Below, in pieces: positions 18,796 through 27,662 of a DNA stretch of 64,000 nt (position 1 is the first letter of the stretch; every line of letters begins with the position of its first letter). The notes beneath the pieces were generated by a model. It saw nothing but the letters and a program-made list of their open reading frames with translations. It made no database searches and was not told the origin of the DNA. Source of the stretch: Polyangiales bacterium (GTDB taxonomy: Bacteria; Myxococcota_A; Polyangia; Polyangiales; Ga0077539); NCBI GenBank assembly GCA_044229975.1, contig JBGARZ010000006.1, positions 320,001 to 384,000 of the forward strand. The letters run 5' to 3'. A program made the translations under genes and the position numbers.

Positions 18796-20010
18796 ATGGA
18801 TCGGCTCAACCGCTACCGCGAATTCATGCGCCAGCTCGATCTGACGGACGCCGAGGAGGTGATCCGAAAGGGGATGTACGTCGCGCCCGCGGAGGGTGGG
18901 GTGGCCGAGCGCCTCGTGCCGTCGGTGGCCCTACGCCCGTACGCTTCTCACGTTCTGGTCGGGGGCATCGGCTCGGGCAAGACCACGCAGCTTCTCGTCG
19001 CGGCTGACCTCATCGAGGCGCGCTGTCCGGACACGTGGGCGGTCTACGTGGACGTCAGCAGGCGACACCGGTTGGCCGAACTGGCTCCGGGGGTGCTGGT
19101 TGCGCTCGCGGGTCTGGTGATCGAAGGCATCGTGCGTCCCAATGTTATCGCGCCGAGGTTTACGGAGCGGCCATCGGAGGTTCATCGCGCGCTGGAGCGC
19201 GTGCGGCGATGGGCCAAAGGCGAGCATGTAGATCCGGCGTATCTCGACGAAGGAGTGCACGAAGGTGACGGGGCAGTGTGGGTGGACGGCCTGCTCAAAT
19301 CTCCAGAGCCCTTGAGAGAGCAGTTGTCGGAGAACCTCGATGACATCGAGACCCTCCGCAACGCCCTGCCGAAGGAACGGCAGAACGTGACGATCCTCTT
19401 CGACTCTCTCGACCGCCTCGACGATGTCGACACTTTCGTCAGGTGCGTCGAACAGGACCTTCGCGCGCTCCGGCGACTCGGGATTGGCGTCGTGATGACT
19501 GCTCCGCTTCAGGCTATGTTCGGTGCGAAGCGCGCCGACCTGGATCGTTTCGACGTCGTCCTTCAACAGTCGGCGGTCGATGTAACGAACGACACGACCG
19601 GGCTCGCGTTTCTCTCCGATGTGCTCTTCCGACGGGCGCCCGCTGGACTGCTCTCCCCAGACGCCGCCGCGGCCCTCTCGCACGCCTCGGGTGGCGTGTT
19701 GCGCGACCTCATCGGGCTTGCTCGCTCGGCCGTGGAGGAAGCGTACATGCGGGGCGCCGACGTCGTCGACGTCGCCTCGGTGAGGCTCGCGATCGACCGC
19801 TTCGGCCGCAAGCGCATGCTGGGACTTCGCTCCAACGAGATCGACCTGCTCGATCGGGTGCGCCGCACGGGGCGCTTCGTTCCGACGACGGACGACGAGG
19901 TCGCGCTGCTCGTGACCCGCCGCGTCCTGGAGTACGAGGAGGACGGAGTGCGCTTCGCCGTGCATCCGACGCTCGTCCCGCTGCTCGAGTCCTTGAAGGA
20001 CGCGGCGTGA
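18796..20010 (+). CDS. P-loop NTPase (AAA/STAND-like)
   Basis: Walker A GGIGSGKTT, Walker B ILFDSLDRL, SGGVLRDL (GxxR motif), C-terminal VHP. Confidence 0.88.
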   Translation: MDRLNRYREFMRQLDLTDAEEVIRKGMYVAPAEGGVAERLVPSVALRPYASHVLVGGIGSGKTTQLLVAADLIEARCPDTWAVYVDVSRRHRLAELAPGVLVALAGLVIEGIVRPNVIAPRFTERPSEVHRALERVRRWAKGEHVDPAYLDEGVHEGDGAVWVDGLLKSPEPLREQLSENLDDIETLRNALPKERQNVTILFDSLDRLDDVDTFVRCVEQDLRALRRLGIGVVMTAPLQAMFGAKRADLDRFDVVLQQSAVDVTNDTTGLAFLSDVLFRRAPAGLLSPDAAAALSHASGGVLRDLIGLARSAVEEAYMRGADVVDVASVRLAIDRFGRKRMLGLRSNEIDLLDRVRRTGRFVPTTDDEVALLVTRRVLEYEEDGVRFAVHPTLVPLLESLKDAA

Positions 20011-20597
20011 CGATGTCGCCTGGCGCCCTCTCGCTCGGCGAGTTCGCCATGGGCGTGGCGCTGCGGTTCGGGACGCGCGACTGGTCGGTGCTCCTGGTGA
20101 CGGAGGCGAGCCGCTGCGAGACGGTGGCGCGCCAGCTCGCGGATGAGATCGAAGCCCAGGTCGAGGTACTGCCGGTGATCGCTGAGGTGGCGGAGTCACT
20201 GATCGAGGTCCTCCGTCACGAGAACCGTCCAGTGGTCGTGGGGTATCAGGGCGCGAGGGCGCTCGACGCCGTGTGGTCGTCGCTCGACCTTGACCGAAGT
20301 CGCCTGCCCGCCGCTCAGAGCGTGATGCTCGTGTTGACCCCGGCCGCCTTCGACCAACTAGAACGTCGCGCGCCGAACCTCGCAAGCTGGCTCGGCGCGA
20401 CGGTGTCGCTTGCCGATCTCGACGCGGGGCTGCTCACCGACGACGAGCGGGCGATGATGCTGGAGGGCTTCCGGACGAAGTTCGCGATGACCGACGAAGA
20501 GTTGCTCAAGGCTGCCGCGGAGGGACGGGCGCCTGCGGAGCCCGAGGTCGCGACGTGGCTGGTGCTGTTGGGACGAGGGGATCTTCTTGGGGCGTAG
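20007..20597 (+). CDS. Hypothetical protein, possibly an inactive NTPase-like partner
   Basis: GTGA overlap with the ATPase; LDLDRSRL...APNLASW motif; no Walker A. Confidence 0.7.
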   Translation: MTMSPGALSLGEFAMGVALRFGTRDWSVLLVTEASRCETVARQLADEIEAQVEVLPVIAEVAESLIEVLRHENRPVVVGYQGARALDAVWSSLDLDRSRLPAAQSVMLVLTPAAFDQLERRAPNLASWLGATVSLADLDAGLLTDDERAMMLEGFRTKFAMTDEELLKAAAEGRAPAEPEVATWLVLLGRGDLLGA

Positions 20598-21162
20598 CGA
20601 CTTCACGGCCTTGCGGGTCAACATCCAGAGCCGCCTGCTCGGGGTCGAGAGGCCGGGACTGCCAGACACCGCGCGTGCCCTCCAACAGGAGGTCACGAAG
20701 CTGCTGGTTGGATTCTCGAATGATGGACTCCTGAAGAACCCGCCCCGTGAAGTCTATGGACTGTTGAAGCGGACCAAACCCACGGCGGACCGGGTCGCGT
20801 TGGCCGTCTGCTCGCCCGCGAACTTCCGTAGGGAGCGCTCGCTTCCTCACTTTGAGCGCGACGACGGAGCGTGGTTCGACTTCCACCTCGACGTTCGGGA
20901 GCGCGGTCGACAGCCGGTCGAGATCGTCGCCTACGGCTTCGAGTTGAGGTTCGACGCGAACGCTGGAGCGCCCGCGTGGGTGCGCTTCGACCTCAACCCA
21001 CCGGGCACCGACAACGACCGTCGAGGCGTCCGATCGCACCTCCACCCGGCGACGGATGACTGGTCGGTTCCGTCTCCCGTGTTCACGCCGATCGAGTTGC
21101 TCTCGATCATGGTGCTCGGGATGCGACCCGAAGACCCGGAACATCCGCGCAAGGTCGAGTAG
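20587..21162 (+). CDS. Hypothetical protein with RFD...SHLHP motif
   Basis: Overlaps the upstream stop; TTG start uncertain; WVRFDLN and RSHLHP. Confidence 0.7.
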   Translation: MGRSDFTALRVNIQSRLLGVERPGLPDTARALQQEVTKLLVGFSNDGLLKNPPREVYGLLKRTKPTADRVALAVCSPANFRRERSLPHFERDDGAWFDFHLDVRERGRQPVEIVAYGFELRFDANAGAPAWVRFDLNPPGTDNDRRGVRSHLHPATDDWSVPSPVFTPIELLSIMVLGMRPEDPEHPRKVE

Positions 21163-21175
21163 GGAAGAACCAGCC

Positions 21176-21245
21176 GGCGCTCAACGTCAACAACCGACCT
21201 TCCGTCGCTCGTGTTCTGTGGTCCATCATCACCGCCCTCCCGATG
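21176..21245. repeat. Direct repeat copy 2, ending at the nth ATG
   Basis: Matches 18631-18701; last three nt are the nth start codon. Confidence 0.95.
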
Positions 21246-21911
21246 ACCACCCGCGCCGACAAGGCAGCCCGCATCCAGGCGCAGCTCGACGAGTTCTTCC
21301 CCGACCCGGAGATTCCCCTCGACCACGTCGATCCGTTCTCGCTGCTGGTCGCGGTGGTGCTCTCCGCGCAGACCACGGACAAGAAGGTCAACGAGGTCAC
21401 GCCCGCGCTCTTCGCCCGCGCCCCGACGCCCGAGCGCATGCGCGCGCTGCCCGTCGCCGAGATCCGCGAGCTCATCCGCCAGGTGAACTTCTCGCCCGCC
21501 AAGGCGAAGCACCTCCATCGCCTCTCGGAGATGCTCTGCGACCTGCATGGTGGACAGGTTCCGCGCGACTTCGACGCGCTGCTCGCGCTGCCGGGCGTCG
21601 GTCGCAAGACCGCCAACGTGGTCATGTCGCAAGCCTTCGGTGAAGCGTCGTTTCCGGTCGACACGCACATCTTCCGGCTGGCCCACCGGTGGGGTCTCTC
21701 CAACGGCGCCACGCCCGACGACGTCGAGCGCGACCTCACCCGCGCCTTCCCCAGGTCCGCCTGGAACAAGCTCCACCTCCAGATCATCTACTTCGGTCGC
21801 AGCTACTGCCCCGCGCTGCGCCACGACCTCACGTCGTGCCCCATCTGCTCGTGGGCCGCATCGAAGGCACGCATCGCCAGCGAGGCGAAGCACGGACACC
21901 GGGGAGCATGA
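21243..21911 (+). CDS. nth: Endonuclease III
   Basis: LLVAVVLSAQTTD, HhH motif LPGVGRKTA, VDTH, C-terminal Cys cluster CPALRHDLTSCPIC. Confidence 0.95.
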   Translation: MTTRADKAARIQAQLDEFFPDPEIPLDHVDPFSLLVAVVLSAQTTDKKVNEVTPALFARAPTPERMRALPVAEIRELIRQVNFSPAKAKHLHRLSEMLCDLHGGQVPRDFDALLALPGVGRKTANVVMSQAFGEASFPVDTHIFRLAHRWGLSNGATPDDVERDLTRAFPRSAWNKLHLQIIYFGRSYCPALRHDLTSCPICSWAASKARIASEAKHGHRGA

Positions 21912-22468
21912 CGATGGCCGCGCGGTACTTCCTCATCCAGGCGCGCACCAACCGGCTGATGAACCACCGGCTGCACGCCGCGGTGTCGTCACTTTCGCAG
22001 GCGGACTTCGTGGCGCCGCGGGTGGGCTTCTTCCCCAGCCTGCACGCGACGCTCAACCACCTCCTCACGGTCGACTGGTACTACGTCGACGCGCTGGAGC
22101 AGGGCGGCCGCGGGCTCCGCGTCTTCGACGACGAGACGCCCTGCGCGACGGCCGCCGACCTCGCGCGCGAGCAGGCCGCGGTCGACCGGCGGCTCGTCGA
22201 CTTCTGCGGGCGCCTCACCGACGAAGACCTCGCGCGCGACGTGGGCTGCGACCGCGGTGCGAAGGGCCTCGTCATGGACCGCATCGACCGAACGCTGCTG
22301 CACCTGTTCATGCACCAGACGCATCACCGCGGTCAGGCTCACGCGATGCTATCGGGCACGCCGGTGAAGCCGCCGCAGCTGGACGAGTTCTTGATGCGCG
22401 GGGACGCGGTGTGGCGCGCAGACGACCTCGCGGCCTGCGGGTTCACCGAGGCCGACCTCGCTCCCTGA
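21908..22468 (+). CDS. DinB/YfiT family protein
   Basis: FFPSLHATLNHL, HLFMHQTHHRGQAH; ATGA overlap with nth. Confidence 0.9.
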   Translation: MTMAARYFLIQARTNRLMNHRLHAAVSSLSQADFVAPRVGFFPSLHATLNHLLTVDWYYVDALEQGGRGLRVFDDETPCATAADLAREQAAVDRRLVDFCGRLTDEDLARDVGCDRGAKGLVMDRIDRTLLHLFMHQTHHRGQAHAMLSGTPVKPPQLDEFLMRGDAVWRADDLAACGFTEADLAP

Positions 22469-22565
22469 TTCGCGCGAACCCACGCAACCTCCGTCCACTC
22501 GCCTCCCGACAACGCGCCTGCCTCCGGGGAGACCCCTCCATTCCCTCCCCTGGCGGCGGAGCCCC

Positions 22566-23828
22566 ATGCACCTCTCTCATTGCCTCATCGCGGTCTCCCT
22601 CACGCTCGTCGCCTGCGCGCCCGGACCCGCGCCCTTCGTCGTCGACCCCGTCAGTTACACCGTCCTCCTGTCGCCAACGCCTCCCGCGCGTCCCTCCCTC
22701 GTGCCCGCCCCTCTCGTGCCCGCCCCTCTCGTCTTCCCCACCACTCCGATCGTCCGCTCTCCCGCCCGTGACGACCTTTCCGGCGACGGCCACCCCGACC
22801 CCGCCGTCGGCGCACCCGCGCATCGTCGCGTCACCATCTACATCTCAGGCGCCGCGCCCATCGTCCTCGACAGCGCGCTCGACGGCTTCGGCGCGACCCT
22901 CGCCTACGTCGGTGACCTCGACGGCGACGGCTTCCACGACCTCGCCGTCGGCGCTCCCGGCTCCGATGCCGTCGTCCTCTTCGCGGGTAGTCCCGCCGGC
23001 ATCACCACGCTGCCCAGCGCCATCCTCTACGGACCAATGGGCAGCGGCTTCGGCGCGACCCTCATCGCTGCGGGTGATCTCGACGGCGACGGTCTCTCCG
23101 ACCTCGTCATCGGCAGCCCCGCCAACAGCACCATCTCCCTCGTGCGCGGCCGACCCGCCGCGATGCCCACGCGCGTCGACGCCACCTTCGCAGGACCCGC
23201 CGACGAGGGCTTCGCGACCGCGCTCATCGCCTGCGGTGGCGGCCGCATCGCGGTCGGTGTCCCGGGCGAAGGGGCGGTGCTCGTGATGACCGCGCGCGAG
23301 GCCGTCTTCCGCGAGCGCGCCCGACTGATCGTCTCCGAGACGCCCATCACCGACCTGGCCATGGTCTCGCTCGACGCCAACGGCGACGGCCTCCTCGACC
23401 TCGCCTTCGCGGGCGGCGGCCTCGCTGGAATCGTCTGGGTGCGCGGAACCTCCGATGGCTTCGGCGCTCCCATCGCTGGCCCCGGCGGATCTGGCGCCGG
23501 AACCATCCTCGCCAACGCCACCGACCTCGATCACGACGGCGACGACGAGCTGCTGCTCGCTTCGGGCGCGGGCCTCTGGGTCATCCCTGGTGACGCGACG
23601 GGCACCGCGTCGCCCATTCCCTGGGACGTCGCTCGCAGCGGAACCACCCGCGCCATCAGCGTCTATCGCGACCCGTCGCAGGGCGGCCGGGCGATGGTGT
23701 TGCGTGGCGTTCCGAGTGAGGACGTCGCGCAGGTGCTGGGCGTCGATCGTGACCTGCGGTCGCTGACGCTGTTGGAGACTCTTGTCGGCGACGCGGGGTC
23801 GATGTTTGGTCTGGCCGTCGCGCGGTAG
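22566..23828 (+). CDS. FG-GAP/integrin-alpha repeat lipoprotein
   Basis: Repeated FG...GDLDGDGxxDLxxGAP; lipobox LVAC. Confidence 0.88.
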   Translation: MHLSHCLIAVSLTLVACAPGPAPFVVDPVSYTVLLSPTPPARPSLVPAPLVPAPLVFPTTPIVRSPARDDLSGDGHPDPAVGAPAHRRVTIYISGAAPIVLDSALDGFGATLAYVGDLDGDGFHDLAVGAPGSDAVVLFAGSPAGITTLPSAILYGPMGSGFGATLIAAGDLDGDGLSDLVIGSPANSTISLVRGRPAAMPTRVDATFAGPADEGFATALIACGGGRIAVGVPGEGAVLVMTAREAVFRERARLIVSETPITDLAMVSLDANGDGLLDLAFAGGGLAGIVWVRGTSDGFGAPIAGPGGSGAGTILANATDLDHDGDDELLLASGAGLWVIPGDATGTASPIPWDVARSGTTRAISVYRDPSQGGRAMVLRGVPSEDVAQVLGVDRDLRSLTLLETLVGDAGSMFGLAVAR

Positions 23829-23889
23829 GTAGCGCACCGAGCGCGCGGTGGTGTAGGCCATCGGCGATGAACCGTGGAGTCACGAACTG

Positions 23890-24420
23890 ATGTCTGAAGG
23901 CATCGACCTGCCGCCCGTCGCGCGCGGCGTGCTGCTCCCCGAGGCGGCGCGGCTGGAGCGCTTCGACGCGGCGCTGCCGCAGGTGCGAGCGGCGCTGGAG
24001 GGCGAGACCGACGCCGTCGCGCTGCAAGCGACGCTGGCGTGCCTGTTGTGGCAGGTGTTTCCGCAGGCGAGCTGGTGCGGGTTCTACCGTCGCGTGGGCG
24101 AGTCGACGTTGGCGGTAGGCCCGTACCAGGGGCCGATGGGATGCCTGCGCATCGACTTCGCGCGCGGCGTGTGCGGGGCGGCGGCGCGCACGGGTGAGAC
24201 GCAGCTCGTGCCGGACGTCGAGGCGTTTCCGGGGCACATCGCCTGCGACGGAGCGAGCCGGTCGGAGCTGGTGGTTGCGGTGCGCGATGGCGACGGCCGG
24301 GTGCGCGCGGTGCTCGACCTGGACTCGCACTCGCTCGCGGGGTTTGGAGCGGACGAGGCGTCGCGGTTGGAGGCGTTGCTGGCGGAGGTGTTCACGCACC
24401 GCGTTGGCGTGGTCTGGTAG
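23890..24420 (+). CDS. msrC: GAF domain protein, free methionine-R-sulfoxide reductase-like
   Basis: WCGFY, VGPYQG, GVCG, FPGHIACD, SELVV, VLDLDS. Confidence 0.85.
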   Translation: MSEGIDLPPVARGVLLPEAARLERFDAALPQVRAALEGETDAVALQATLACLLWQVFPQASWCGFYRRVGESTLAVGPYQGPMGCLRIDFARGVCGAAARTGETQLVPDVEAFPGHIACDGASRSELVVAVRDGDGRVRAVLDLDSHSLAGFGADEASRLEALLAEVFTHRVGVVW

Positions 24421-24438
24421 ACGGATGCGGGCGACGAC

Positions 24439-25068
24439 ATGACGGGCTGGGTGATCTTCCTCGGGGCCGCGCCGGTGGTCGGATGGATCGCGAGCCGTCA
24501 CGGTCGCAGCGCCGTCGCGTGGGGGCTGATCGCGCTGGTCGTCTCCGGGGTGGTGTCCGCGCTGGGAGTGCAGTTGTCGGCGTCGTTGCTGGAGCGCTCG
24601 GAGTCGGAAGCTCTCGCGGCGATCGTGCTCGCGCCGCTGCTCGGGCTCATCGCCGTGATCGCGATCGGTGTGCTCGCGGCGCGCGATGTGGAGGCGGTCG
24701 TCGACAGCGCGCCCGCGGTCGAGGCCGAGCCGGACGAGGGCATCGCGATGGTTCACCTGCGCGACGAACCCAACGCCCGTGAGGCGGGAGCGCCGTACCG
24801 CGCGGAGAGCCGCTGCCGCCTCGTTCTTGGCGCGAAGATGCTCACGCTGGAGGGGAAGCCGCCCGCTCGCACCTCGCTCGCCTACCACCTCGTCGCGGCG
24901 ACGGCCGTCGATGGGGACGTCCTGCGGCTCGCGTGGACCAACCGCGATGGTGAGGACGTAGTGGTGCTGCTACGGCCCGCCGACGCCGACGTCGATCAGC
25001 GGGCCAACGTGGTGAGCACGGTGGTCCAGCGAGTCGCGGCGCAGAACGAAGACCAGCCGCGGGCTTGA
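24439..25068 (+). CDS. Hypothetical membrane protein
   Basis: Three hydrophobic segments in the N-terminal half. Confidence 0.7.
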   Translation: MTGWVIFLGAAPVVGWIASRHGRSAVAWGLIALVVSGVVSALGVQLSASLLERSESEALAAIVLAPLLGLIAVIAIGVLAARDVEAVVDSAPAVEAEPDEGIAMVHLRDEPNAREAGAPYRAESRCRLVLGAKMLTLEGKPPARTSLAYHLVAATAVDGDVLRLAWTNRDGEDVVVLLRPADADVDQRANVVSTVVQRVAAQNEDQPRA

Positions 25069-25090
25069 GCACGACGACCCCGTCGTCGGC

Positions 25091-26647
25091 CTACAGCAGA
25101 ATCTTCGTGACGGCGTTTCCCCGCGCCGTCGTGACCGCTTCGACCTTCAAGCGCTCGGGTAGTTCGGGCTGCCCCGAGCGCTGGTCGAAGCGCACCAGCC
25201 ATCCCCGCTTCGTGCCGATGCTCGCGAGGTACTCGTCGAGCTGATCGACGCCCGCGTCCGCCGGGTCGGCGCGCTTGTCGGAGTCGCGCCAGGTCTTCAC
25301 CTCGACGCCGAGCCGGTCGCCCTTGTACTCGACGCACAGGTCCAACCGCTTCGACCCGATCGCGAACTCACGATCGACCCGACCTCCGCCGTTCACGATG
25401 CGGTGCAGGAAGGCCATCAACACCAGGTGCGCCGCGGCCTCGTTGTACGGCGAGCTGCCGAGCAGCGCCTCGCCGTTCTGCAACCAGAACGCGACGAACA
25501 CCTCGCGCAGCCGCGTCCAGTCGATCGCCCCGCTCTCGCTCAACCACGACGGCGCGAGCCGCGGGAGCGACGCGCGCACGTGGGTCGTGAGCGAGCGCAT
25601 CGCGATCTCGCGGTAGATGGGGTTGGCGATCTCGATGACGCCGTCGCTCGCCTGCACGACGAGCCCGAGGTCGAGCACGAAGCGCAGGTCGTCGGGTGAC
25701 GCCGAAGCGAGCCGATCGCCGAGGATCATCGGCTCGATGACCGCGCGCACCCGCGGGTCACGCAGCCGCTCGGCGAGCGAGTCGAGGTGCGTGTCTTGTC
25801 GCTCGATGAGGATGTCGCGCGCCCGGTCGACGTCCGCCGCGGTGACCGGCGTTGCGCGATCCGGAACGACGACCTGCACCAGTTGCCGTGCGAGTGCGTT
25901 GACGATCCAGGGCTGACCTCGCGTCACGTCGAAGGCGCGCGCCAGCGCTTCGGGCGCGAAGCGCTGACCGGTCTCGGCGGTGTGCTGGGCGTAGAGTTCG
26001 GCGACCTCGTTGGCCGTGAAGTCGCGCATCGTCAGCGACTCGACCTTGATGTTGAAGGGCGACGCGGTGTGCAACAGCTCGCTTCCCCCAGACGCGACCT
26101 TGTAGTCGCGCACATCACGCAGACCCACCAGCGCGAGCGACCATGGGAAGCCCGCGGGCCGCAGGCGGTGTCCGTCGCGGAGCTGTCGCAGCACCGCAAG
26201 AAGCGTCTGGTCGCGGAGCGCATCGATCTCGTCGAGGAAGATCACCAGCGGTCGCGGCGACGCCTTCGCCCACGCCTGCAACGCAGCGCTTATGCGCGAC
26301 CCGGGCGAGGCTTCGGGCCACGGTGGCGGTTGCAGCTCGGGCGGCAACGCGGCTTGGATGGAGCCTCGCCAGACATCAAGGATGGCGTCTTCCGCCGCCC
26401 CGATGTCGTCGCTGTGAGGCGCCCCGACCTCCATCGACACCAGCACGGCGGAGTAGCGACCCTCGTCGGTGAGCGAGCGAGCCATCGCCGTCAGCGCCGT
26501 GGTCTTCCCCACCTGCCGCGGCGCGTGCAGGATGAAGTAGGCCATCTGTTCGACCAGCCCTCGAACCTCGGGCACGCGCCGTTCGGGCGGCAGCATGTAG
26601 TGGACCGACGGAAGGCACACGCCGCCGGTGTTGAAGTGACGGGTCAT
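25091..26647 (-). CDS. AAA ATPase with C-terminal PD-(D/E)xK nuclease-like domain
   Basis: Walker A APRQVGKTT, Walker B IFLDEID, SPFNI, GQPW; C-terminal REFAIGSKRLDL...GVEVK. Confidence 0.9.
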   Translation of the reverse strand: MTRHFNTGGVCLPSVHYMLPPERRVPEVRGLVEQMAYFILHAPRQVGKTTALTAMARSLTDEGRYSAVLVSMEVGAPHSDDIGAAEDAILDVWRGSIQAALPPELQPPPWPEASPGSRISAALQAWAKASPRPLVIFLDEIDALRDQTLLAVLRQLRDGHRLRPAGFPWSLALVGLRDVRDYKVASGGSELLHTASPFNIKVESLTMRDFTANEVAELYAQHTAETGQRFAPEALARAFDVTRGQPWIVNALARQLVQVVVPDRATPVTAADVDRARDILIERQDTHLDSLAERLRDPRVRAVIEPMILGDRLASASPDDLRFVLDLGLVVQASDGVIEIANPIYREIAMRSLTTHVRASLPRLAPSWLSESGAIDWTRLREVFVAFWLQNGEALLGSSPYNEAAAHLVLMAFLHRIVNGGGRVDREFAIGSKRLDLCVEYKGDRLGVEVKTWRDSDKRADPADAGVDQLDEYLASIGTKRGWLVRFDQRSGQPELPERLKVEAVTTARGNAVTKILL

Positions 26648-26669
26648 CGCCCCGGCACACTACCGCCCA

Positions 26670-27662
26670 TCACCCGATCTCGTCCCTCCGCACGAACACC
26701 GCGTCGTCCCAGCGCAACATCACCAACCCGTCGGTCCACCCATCCATGGACACCTCGGGGTCTCTCCCCAACGCCCACCCGATGAGCCAGTCCGGGTAGC
26801 GCGCGCCCGCCGCCGCCGCCAACGGAAACCCCCCGCCAAACCGCGGGTTGATCTCGATGAACTTCACCTTCCGCTCCGCCGTCAGGAACAACTGCACCGT
26901 CATGCAGCCCACCGCGCCGGGCAGCGCCTCCACTACGCGCCGACCCGCGTCGATGAGCAGCGGGTCCTTCACCGTCACGCCCTTGGACACCTCGCCCGCG
27001 CGCGTCTCCAGCCGCAGCCGCGGCACCACGCACCTTACCTTGCCGGTAAAGTCCGCCAGCACGTCGAGCGTGTACTCCTCGCCCTTCACGTACTCCTGCA
27101 CCATCGCGTTGGCCGTGTGCCGCGCGTGAAACGCCAGCGACTCCGCGTCGTCGATGCGCGTCGCCCCGATGGAGCAGCTCCCGTCCGTCGGCTTCAGGAA
27201 GTACGGGTAGCGCGCCCCCGCGTCCGCGAGGATCGCCTCCGCATCGAGCACCGCCGGCGTGTCGAAGCCGTTGGCCACGAAGAAGTCCCGCGTGCTCCGC
27301 TTGTCGAGCGACAGCTCCGTCGTCGCGGGCGACGACACCACCAGCGTGATGCCCTTCGCCGCGAAGGCCTCGCGGTGCGGCGCCAGCAGGTGCAGCTCCG
27401 TGTCGATGAGCGGCACCACCATGCGAACGCCCTCGCGCTCGCACAGCTCCAGCAACCGCGGCACGTACTCCGGCGACGTCACCCGCGGCACCAGCACGCC
27501 CGCGTCGGCCGCGTGGAAGGCCGCCGCGTTTCGTCGCAGGTCGGCCACCAGCACGCGACCCGCGACCCCCAGCCGCTGCAACGCCGCCTGGAACTCCTTC
27601 ACCAGCGCCACGCGCCGCCCGCCGCTGGTGAGCAGCACCGTGTAGCCGTGGTCGGCCGTCAC
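26670..27662 (-). CDS. ATP-grasp protein (CPSase-like, polysaccharide-locus type)
   Basis: VLLTSGGRR, PLIDTEL, DK, KPTDGS, QEY, EINPRFGGG. Confidence 0.88.
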   Translation of the reverse strand: MTADHGYTVLLTSGGRRVALVKEFQAALQRLGVAGRVLVADLRRNAAAFHAADAGVLVPRVTSPEYVPRLLELCEREGVRMVVPLIDTELHLLAPHREAFAAKGITLVVSSPATTELSLDKRSTRDFFVANGFDTPAVLDAEAILADAGARYPYFLKPTDGSCSIGATRIDDAESLAFHARHTANAMVQEYVKGEEYTLDVLADFTGKVRCVVPRLRLETRAGEVSKGVTVKDPLLIDAGRRVVEALPGAVGCMTVQLFLTAERKVKFIEINPRFGGGFPLAAAAGARYPDWLIGWALGRDPEVSMDGWTDGLVMLRWDDAVFVRRDEIG

